Positions 1-7,462 of a DNA stretch of 27,438 nt are shown piece after piece (the stretch's first letter is position 1; every line of letters starts with the position of its first letter). Location: positions 1-27,438 of the forward strand of contig SHMW01000058.1 of the NCBI GenBank assembly GCA_008080735.1, in the 5' to 3' direction. The translations under genes and the position numbers were made by a program. Source of the DNA: Promethearchaeota archaeon (lineage in GTDB: Archaea; Asgardarchaeota; Lokiarchaeia; Sigyniarchaeales; SOKP01). The notes under the pieces were generated by a model. It was not told where the DNA came from, ran no database searches, and saw nothing but the letters and a program-made list of their open reading frames with translations.

Positions 1-312
1 CGTATTCCTTCTTTCTTAATATTGACCGAGGCGTTCTTATCTCGGTGATGATGCGTGCCACATTCGGGACACGTCCATTCACGATCACTTAAAGATAATC
101 CCTCATTTATATAGCCGCAGACAGAGCAGAGCTTACTTGAGGGAAAAAAGCGGTCTACTTCTTGATAGTCTTTGCCACGCCATTCAGGCTTGTATTGTAG
201 GATGGTTTTGAGTTGATGCCACGAAAATTCGAGCGTCACCGATTTTGAGAGGGCACCATTGAATCGTTGCATCTCTTTTATGTTGAGATCCTCCAAAATG
301 ACGGATTGATTT
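1..312 (-). mobile_element. tnpB: IS200/IS605-family TnpB, C-terminal fragment (5'-truncated pseudogene; continues off the left edge)
   Basis: Manual minus-strand translation gives NQSVILEDLNIKEMQRFNGALSKSVTLEFSWHQLKTILQYKPEWRGKDYQEVDRFFPSSKLCSVCGYINEGLSLSDREWTCPECGTHHHRDKNASVNIKKEGI. This contains RuvC-II (EDL), the Zn ribbon (CSVC...CPEC) and RuvC-III (RDxNAxxNI). An in-frame TAG at 369-371 and the AT-rich upstream sequence show the N-terminal part, including RuvC-I, is missing. Not in the ORF track. Confidence 0.92.
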
Positions 313-470
313 AGTCCAATTGATCTATGAACCGCTATGAATCTTTGATTTATAATATTTTCAGAAATCTAGGATTTAAAAGAAAGAAACTTTAAAATAC
401 TTTCAAATTTTATGATATAACTATTTTTATTAGATCTCTGAATTAAGTAAAATTATAGTGCGATGGATAA

Positions 471-698
471 ATGAAATATGAAATCCAAATTGACCGAACT
501 GGTTGTATTGCATGTGCGAATTGTTATATTATGGATCAAGAGCATTTTGAGGGGGATGATGAGGGATATTCTATGGTAATAGGTGGGGAAACCAATCCCT
601 CTATTTCCAAAGGATCGTTTGATGATGAAGATTTTGAATATGTCCAAGAAGTTGCTGATATGTGTCCGGTTGATGTTATTTCGGTTAAAAAAGTATAG
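471..698 (+). CDS. Monocluster ferredoxin (4Fe-4S/3Fe-4S)
   Basis: 75 aa, acidic, CIACANC...CPVDVI motif. Confidence 0.92.
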   Translation: MKYEIQIDRTGCIACANCYIMDQEHFEGDDEGYSMVIGGETNPSISKGSFDDEDFEYVQEVADMCPVDVISVKKV

Positions 699-896
699 AA
701 AATAAATTTTTAACACTATAAAACATTAGAAAATATTTTTCCATCCCAACTTTTCTGGTTTTTTATTCAATTATTGAAGAAAGTGTGGGCGGTTTAGTGT
801 ATCAAAAATTTTATTAGTGAAAATATCTAATTTCTGATAATATTATATAACGCTTAGACTTTTCTAACTCATTTTCTATTGATAATTAGAAGATCT

Positions 897-1658
897 ATGG
901 AAAAAATAAAAATCGTGTTCTTAGGAACAAATGGTTGGTTTTCGACTGAATTAGGAAATACCATCTCAACTCTAATAGAGACAAATCAGTACTATATTAT
1001 TCTTGATGCCGGAAATGGTTTTTATAAGATAGATCGACATATCACGGAAAATAAGCCTATCCTCATTTTTCTAAGTCATTTACACCTTGACCACATAATA
1101 GGGCTTCACTCCTTAAGTAAATTTAATTTTAAACAAAACCTAAAGATTTTTACATATCAAGGAACAAAAAAGAATTTAGAATTGTTGTTTAATCATCCAT
1201 ATTCTACATCATTATATGACCTGCCTATTAATTTACAAATAGTTGAATTAAAAGAAGGATTCCATGATTTAGAACTTCCTATAACTTGTAATTTATTACT
1301 TCATTCTGATCCTTCCTTAGGATATAGATTTGAAATTGATGATAAAATCCTTACATATTGTACAGATACGGGAATGACCGAGAGTCTATATGCTCTCTCG
1401 AAAAACGCAGATATATTTATTTCGGAATGTTCTTATAAACCCGGACAAGAAGAATGGGGGTGGCCTCATCTAAAAGCGGAGGAAGCTGCTTTGATAGCCA
1501 TACAATCAAATTGTAAAAAGTTATTTTTAACTCACTTCGATGCAAGTTTCTATAATTCGTCAGAAATGCGTCAGAAAGCGGAAAAAAGAGCTCAAGGTAT
1601 TTTTCCGAATAGTTCTGCTGCTTATGACGATATGGAATTTTCTTTAACACTTGATTAG
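897..1658 (+). CDS. MBL-fold metallo-hydrolase, RNase Z/BN-like
   Basis: FLGT N-terminus, LDAG, SHLHLDH, H..SLGYR, TDTG, ECSY, HL, LTHF. ATG at 897 is preferred over TTG at 879. Confidence 0.88.
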   Translation: MEKIKIVFLGTNGWFSTELGNTISTLIETNQYYIILDAGNGFYKIDRHITENKPILIFLSHLHLDHIIGLHSLSKFNFKQNLKIFTYQGTKKNLELLFNHPYSTSLYDLPINLQIVELKEGFHDLELPITCNLLLHSDPSLGYRFEIDDKILTYCTDTGMTESLYALSKNADIFISECSYKPGQEEWGWPHLKAEEAALIAIQSNCKKLFLTHFDASFYNSSEMRQKAEKRAQGIFPNSSAAYDDMEFSLTLD

Positions 1659-1765
1659 TGGATAATTTCTAAAATATGGAAAATCATAGATAATGACTAA
1701 GAATCACCTTTTATAGCTGTAGAAACAAAAATTAAGTATAAAAAAAGGAAAAAAAGAGATTTGGT

Positions 1766-3790
1766 TTACCAGGCTATTTCTGTCCAATAAGTATCATGGT
1801 CAGAATATGACTGAGGCATTGTAATTACTCCTGTATCATTAATCGTGAAAGTTGTAGATACAAAAATATAATCAATGCGATCGGGCATTGGTGTATCCGG
1901 GTTGTCAAAACGCCATGTGTCTCTTAGTGTTGCTACAGACATATTATAAAAAGTTGAATTTTCCCGAGTATTGAAATCTCCCATAGAAATGACATTTGTT
2001 GACGCATTTACCCGAGTCATAAGTTCTGTCATATGAGCTAATTTCGCATCATCATTTCCAGCAGGATGATTTACAAATACATTAAAGTCAATTCCAGCGG
2101 AGATAACTACTTGAGTCGTGCCAATCTCATCTATATTACTGTAAGTAAAGAAGGTTTGTGCGTTTTTGATGGGATATTTTGATAATATAGCCGCCCCATA
2201 AGTCCCAGTAACAGTTCTTGGACCATAAAATGAATAATAATACCCGGGTAATTTGCTCGCAAAGTATCTCACCACGTCCGAATTTCCACCAGAGATACGG
2301 GCGGTGTCGGATTCTTGTAGTCCAAGAATATCTGGATCTATTGATTTAATTATTTCAAGTTGCTTGTCATATGCTTTCTCTCCATCACCATCAACACCTT
2401 GCTGAATATTATAGGTCATAATCTTAAGCGTATCTGGTTCACTGGGTGGACTAAGAGGTCCTATTTCATATACTAAGGTAGGAATTGCCGTCCCAACCAA
2501 AATTACGGCAAAAAAAATACCCAATATTAATTGCCGATTTTTTGAGGTCATTATAGATGAAAAGTCAATGGAACGCTTCTTTACTAACACAATCGGAGCC
2601 GCTATTGCTATACCAACAAGTAAAAAGGGAAGCCAGAAAAGATTTCGGAAGATATTGCTGATAGGATCTACATAACCCCAAACATTTGTAAATATAAGTA
2701 TAAAGGTTATCAGAATAAAAAATAATCCACTTAACCCAAATCCCACTCCTAATTTTGTAGCACTTGGTCTTTGGTTCAGGATTTCTCTCGAAAGAAGTGC
2801 AAAGTCAATAAATACAATTGGCAATAGTGCGATCATAATCCCTAACGGCAGATATAAGTACCACGCAAGCGGGTACGCATTCGTCACAACGTCAGTTGTA
2901 GTTGCGGGAAATGGAAACGTATGGACGGCTATTGTGAGTACCAGAGCAATAACATAAACAAGATTCCAAATCCAAATAATCCTTCTATCTAATTTATTCA
3001 ATATCTCGGGTTTTAAGGCGAGTAATAGGATGCTAAGGATAATCATTACTACAATGGAAAGAGTTATACCTATGTAATTTCCGTCTGTCCATCGAGAAAT
3101 TACAGTAGGACTACTGAACGCAAAATAATTCAGAGTGATAATACTCATAAGTGCTAAAGAAAGGGAAATGACTCCACGTACCTTTTTAGGTTTTCTTAAC
3201 GAATTATCCTCATTTTTTGATTCTGAAGCGTCTGAGTTTTCTATTTTGCTCATATTACCATAGTAATGTTGTGTTATAATCGCGATTATTGCTAAAGCAC
3301 CCAAAATCCATCCAATAAATTGGAACGCACCGTACATCGAAATATCAATAGTTGCATTTAACGCTCGAAACATTATCGATAGTAAAATCGCCGATGCGAA
3401 TCCCGTAGATAGTTTAATGCTGAGATCTCCTTTTGGTTTTCCAGAAAAGTAGGACGGGAAAAATAGTAAAAAGCATGCGACCCCAAATCCAGCAGTAACA
3501 ATCTTGAGAGAAGTGTTTACCAGCGGTGTAATAATTCGCATTATCACTAAAATCACGACCATAATTTGGGAAAACACATTAGGAATTTTCTTTCTGAAGA
3601 TAACTAATATGAATGGAGATAGGAGAAATAAGACTCCCAATACCTTCTCATCAAGTTGTAAATTCAAAAGATCCATCATATAGATAGACGAAATCAAATC
3701 GCCGACGAGTTGGATGAAGAAGAGAAAAGTGATGCTGAAAAGTAGTAATTCAGAATCTAATTTTTTAAGTAAATTCTTATTAAGTTGCAT
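1766..3790 (-). CDS. Multi-pass membrane protein with C-terminal endonuclease/exonuclease/phosphatase (EEP) domain, Cwh43/PGAP2IP-like
   Basis: More than 12 hydrophobic segments, then TYNIQQG, LGLQESD, AILSKYPI, MGDFN, RIDYIF, SDH. Start placed at ATG 3790 (MQLNK) because a TATA box lies at about 3822-3829, inside the longer ORF-track call. Confidence 0.85.
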   Translation of the reverse strand: MQLNKNLLKKLDSELLLFSITFLFFIQLVGDLISSIYMMDLLNLQLDEKVLGVLFLLSPFILVIFRKKIPNVFSQIMVVILVIMRIITPLVNTSLKIVTAGFGVACFLLFFPSYFSGKPKGDLSIKLSTGFASAILLSIMFRALNATIDISMYGAFQFIGWILGALAIIAIITQHYYGNMSKIENSDASESKNEDNSLRKPKKVRGVISLSLALMSIITLNYFAFSSPTVISRWTDGNYIGITLSIVVMIILSILLLALKPEILNKLDRRIIWIWNLVYVIALVLTIAVHTFPFPATTTDVVTNAYPLAWYLYLPLGIMIALLPIVFIDFALLSREILNQRPSATKLGVGFGLSGLFFILITFILIFTNVWGYVDPISNIFRNLFWLPFLLVGIAIAAPIVLVKKRSIDFSSIMTSKNRQLILGIFFAVILVGTAIPTLVYEIGPLSPPSEPDTLKIMTYNIQQGVDGDGEKAYDKQLEIIKSIDPDILGLQESDTARISGGNSDVVRYFASKLPGYYYSFYGPRTVTGTYGAAILSKYPIKNAQTFFTYSNIDEIGTTQVVISAGIDFNVFVNHPAGNDDAKLAHMTELMTRVNASTNVISMGDFNTRENSTFYNMSVATLRDTWRFDNPDTPMPDRIDYIFVSTTFTINDTGVITMPQSYSDHDTYWTEIAW

Positions 3791-3821
3791 GTTATAAAAT
3801 TCTGTGTTCTTCATATAAAAA

Positions 3822-3851
3822 CATATATAGTTTTCTGAGAAACTATAAATA
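3822..3851. promoter_or_regulatory. Back-to-back bidirectional archaeal promoter (two BRE-TATA units)
   Basis: Inverted repeat TATAGTTT-N6-AAACTATA at 3826-3847. The plus strand reads GAGAAA-CTATAAATA and the minus strand CAGAAAA-CTATATAT, each 30-45 nt upstream of a divergent ATG (3891 and 3790). Confidence 0.6.
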
Positions 3852-3890
3852 CTATATTGATGAATATGGTTTAGCAATGGTGTAGAAATT

Positions 3891-5111
3891 ATGGATCAAA
3901 ATGAAAAAGCAATTTTGAAAAGAATCGAGAACATTCGACAAGAGATTGTAGAATTTCATCAAAAGTTAGTCCAAATCCCCTCCGAAAACCCTCCTTCCAA
4001 TTATAAAGAGATTTCTAATTTTACTAAATCTAAGATGGAAGAGATTGGTTTATCTCCAAAAATAAAGCGAAAAAATGTAGTTGGAACATATGGAAATGAG
4101 AATGGGAAATCTCTAATCTTCTATGGACATCTCGATACGGTCGAGGCGTTTAAAGGGTGGTCAAAAGATCCTTTTGGAGGAGAACTCATTGAGAACCGAA
4201 TTTATGGGCGGGGTTCTTCGGATGATAAATCATGTGTGACCGCGGAATTGTTTGCTGTAAAGACCTTAAAAGATTTAGGAATAAATTTAAATGGGAAAAT
4301 AGACATTGCTGCCGTGGTAGATGAAGAGACAGGAGGACTAAGAGGAGCGGAGTATTTACTCAATAGCGGAATAATTAGTGGCGATGCATGTCTATTGGGT
4401 GATGCTCCCGCGGGTGCACCTATTGGCTATACGGGTGGTGCGATTTTTGTTACATTTACTGTCAATGGAAAACAAGCACACGGAATGAATCATCCCGATG
4501 TTCCAGAACCTTACCGTGATGAACATTCTGGTATTAATACTATTCAACGAATGGTTAAATTAATGAATTTTTTGCTGGAACTCAAAGAAGATCTGAACAA
4601 AAATGTGACTAAGTATCCTTTTCCTCCTGGGTTTCCCTCAAAGGTGAGCGATATTAATTTAGCAGAAATTCATGGGGGAAATAAGATTACCACCGTCCCA
4701 AAAAAATGTTTTCTCCACTGCAGCATTAATACCATCCCCGAACAGAAAGTGGAACCCATAAAACAAAAAATTATGGAACACATAGATCAGATGAAAAAGG
4801 AGGATCCTCTTTTGGATATCACCGTGCAAATGCCAATTGTGTTTGATCCAGGGTTAATTGACGAAGATTCAAAATTTGCGAAAGTAGTACAAAATGTAAC
4901 AAAGCAGGTATACGGAGAACCAAAAGAGTTTGCGACTTTCATACCCACCACGGATGCCCACTGGTTCCAAGAACGAGGTATTCATACGATACTAATCGGT
5001 TCCATACGCCCTGAAAATAAAGTGCATGCGGAAGATGAGTTTGTCTATATCGAAGATCTTTTGGATTTGGTCAAGATTTATGCGCTCACAGCATACAGAT
5101 ATCTAAAATAA
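3891..5111 (+). CDS. M20 family metallopeptidase (ArgE/DapE-like deacylase)
   Basis: GHLDTV, IYGRGSSDDK, DEETGG, GKQAHG, TDA, VHAEDE motifs. Confidence 0.92.
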   Translation: MDQNEKAILKRIENIRQEIVEFHQKLVQIPSENPPSNYKEISNFTKSKMEEIGLSPKIKRKNVVGTYGNENGKSLIFYGHLDTVEAFKGWSKDPFGGELIENRIYGRGSSDDKSCVTAELFAVKTLKDLGINLNGKIDIAAVVDEETGGLRGAEYLLNSGIISGDACLLGDAPAGAPIGYTGGAIFVTFTVNGKQAHGMNHPDVPEPYRDEHSGINTIQRMVKLMNFLLELKEDLNKNVTKYPFPPGFPSKVSDINLAEIHGGNKITTVPKKCFLHCSINTIPEQKVEPIKQKIMEHIDQMKKEDPLLDITVQMPIVFDPGLIDEDSKFAKVVQNVTKQVYGEPKEFATFIPTTDAHWFQERGIHTILIGSIRPENKVHAEDEFVYIEDLLDLVKIYALTAYRYLK

Positions 5112-5129
5112 GAATTAATCTTTATCGAG

Positions 5130-5831
5130 CTAAAAATAATCATCTATTTTTTTATTTTGATCATTACAACGCCGTTCGATTCCATCTCTAAGTCCTGGGA
5201 GCTCAAAACATTTATCGGGGATCATTTGCTTAAAATAACGCTGATTTTGTCTCTGCGCTATATTTTGTGTTTGATATAGTGTTTCAAAAATTTCCTTGCC
5301 AGAAAATTGGATATCCTCAAAATAGGGGATAATTGGCCTGTTTTTGCTAATTTTTTCTACCACTACTTGAAGCGGTAAATCAACTTCTCTTAAAGTTCCC
5401 TGCTCATTAATTATTCCCGTTTTCTGGGTATGTTCATTATACAAGCAAATAATACATTTAGGCCACCTTTCATGAAAATAATTCAGAACAAGATCCATTA
5501 CCTTATGTTTTAACAAGACGACCCCATATAACACCCCACGATCATTAATATTCGTACGGGTAAACTGTTTTGCTCTGTAAGATTCTCGAAAAATTTCTCG
5601 AACCATTCTAATAAGTTTTTTAGCCATTGGAGTTCCTAAATTCCGTAGTACAACATCTGGAAGTCGCTTAATATGTTTGATTAAATCTGGGGAGTAATTC
5701 TCGTGACGGGTAATATTTTTAATTAGCTCTTCACGGGAATAGCCTTTACATCGTCCAATCACTTCCAAAGGGTCTTTATCATCACTATTTTCATTATTAA
5801 TATTAGTATATGCGGTCATTTTGGGATTCAC
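5130..5831 (-). CDS. DUF4130-like protein (TIGR03915-type partner of the DNA-repair radical SAM)
   Basis: RESYRAKQFTR...YF.ERWP...IAQRQN.RYFKQMIP resembles the DUF4130 pattern. It lies 5 nt downstream of the radical SAM gene, the usual pairing. Confidence 0.75.
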   Translation of the reverse strand: MNPKMTAYTNINNENSDDKDPLEVIGRCKGYSREELIKNITRHENYSPDLIKHIKRLPDVVLRNLGTPMAKKLIRMVREIFRESYRAKQFTRTNINDRGVLYGVVLLKHKVMDLVLNYFHERWPKCIICLYNEHTQKTGIINEQGTLREVDLPLQVVVEKISKNRPIIPYFEDIQFSGKEIFETLYQTQNIAQRQNQRYFKQMIPDKCFELPGLRDGIERRCNDQNKKIDDYF

Positions 5832-5836
5832 CTATT

Positions 5837-7153
5837 CTAATGCATTACTTTTTGTTGATATTTCTGAAAAAAATCATTCATCGTTGTTTGATTGGTGCCA
5901 TTAACCTTTAGAAATGGATCGGCCCGCTTCAATACGACGCCTACCGACTTCAATTGTTCCCTTCTCTTGAATTTGAAGTTTTTGGCTTGGAGATTAATGA
6001 TCCGTTTTGCTGAAATTGGTCCGATACCCGGTACGCGAAGTAGATCTTGATAGCTCGCTTCATTCGGATCCACCTTGCTATGATCTTCAAAATAATGACG
6101 GGCAATATGGATTTTCGGATCTCCTTCAGGAAGATTCTCATCCTTGGTTAATATGGTCTTTAAATCATCCATATCATAATGATAAATCCTCAAAAGCCAA
6201 TCGCTCTGATAGAGTCTATGCTCTCTGGCTAATGGTGCGGCGGTTTTACTTGCAAGCGGAGTCCCCTCAATCGGTATGAAAGATGAGAAATAGGCTCGCC
6301 GTAAATCCATTTTTTGATATTGCCAATCGATTCTTCTGAGTAGATCCCAATCTGATTCTTGTTCTACTGCACCTATAACAAATTGAGTCGTCTGACCACC
6401 ATTAAGAATCGGGGCTCCATCCCAGCGAAACTTTTTATAACCATTTTTCCTGCGATCATTAATCATTTTTTCTTGGAATTTAAGTTCTTTATCTTCTTTC
6501 AAATCTTTGAGTTCTCTCAGAGTTTCCCTATTATGATCTAATCTTAAGCTTTTAATCCATCTCTGCCTTACAAGGATATCGTTTTTAAAATCCTTCTGTG
6601 AAGAGATCTCCTCCAAATAGCTTTTTCTAGAAGCTTCGGAATTAATAGAGATGCGATCAGAAAGAGCTATGGCTTCCTTAAGAAGATATTGGCTGACTCC
6701 AGGAAGACATTTGAAATGCACGTATCCTTGAAAGTTATATTTGAATCGTAAAAGTCGCACAGCTTCTAGCATTTCTTCAGTAGTCTCATCTGCATTTTTA
6801 CAAACACCCGAGGATATGAATACCCCTTCCACCACATTCATGGAATAGAGTTTCATAAAGGTTCGTGCATATTCTTCGGGGGTAAAACTCGTCCGTTGTG
6901 TACAACTCTGGGAAAAGCAATATTTACAATCGTAAATGCATTTATTGGTGTACAATGTTTTAAACAGGCTCATACAGCGACCATCGCGGGTGTAGCTATG
7001 ACAAATTCCCGCACTTGCGGTTGCTCCTATCCAATCTTTCGATTGTCCGAATAGTTTTGGATATTTTGTTGTACGACTGGAGGCGGTACTGGCACATATA
7101 TCGTATTTCGAGTTCTCTCCCAAGATTCTAATCTTTTCTAAGGTGGAGGGCAT
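5837..7153 (-). CDS. Putative DNA modification/repair radical SAM protein with C-terminal HhH (TIGR03916-type)
   Basis: KYDICAS, GICHSYTRDGRC, CIYDCKYC (CxxxCxxC), GQTTQFVIGA, REHRLYQSDWLLRIY, LLRVPGIGPISAKRI (HhH). Confidence 0.92.
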   Translation of the reverse strand: MPSTLEKIRILGENSKYDICASTASSRTTKYPKLFGQSKDWIGATASAGICHSYTRDGRCMSLFKTLYTNKCIYDCKYCFSQSCTQRTSFTPEEYARTFMKLYSMNVVEGVFISSGVCKNADETTEEMLEAVRLLRFKYNFQGYVHFKCLPGVSQYLLKEAIALSDRISINSEASRKSYLEEISSQKDFKNDILVRQRWIKSLRLDHNRETLRELKDLKEDKELKFQEKMINDRRKNGYKKFRWDGAPILNGGQTTQFVIGAVEQESDWDLLRRIDWQYQKMDLRRAYFSSFIPIEGTPLASKTAAPLAREHRLYQSDWLLRIYHYDMDDLKTILTKDENLPEGDPKIHIARHYFEDHSKVDPNEASYQDLLRVPGIGPISAKRIINLQAKNFKFKRREQLKSVGVVLKRADPFLKVNGTNQTTMNDFFQKYQQKVMH

Positions 7154-7462
7154 ATATGAAGAACACCCAAAATGAGATTTATTATTTTGTTTAGGATAGA
7201 TGGATGAATCAAATTATATAAAAAATTAGGGGGTTAAGAAATTTCAAAATCCAGATCTTGACCAATTAATTTTTTGATTTTTTTTAGGAGAAGAAAAGAA
7301 CTCAAGAGCGCATCGGCTTATAATTAGGAGTATAGGAGAATTAGTTTGGATCTTCTTTCTTTTTTTGTGAATAATTAAAAACGTCCTTTAGCGTGAGTTG
7401 ATTGAAGATAAAAGCATAGAATCCATTTTTAAATCCATCGTAAAAAAATGAAATAAACAAAA

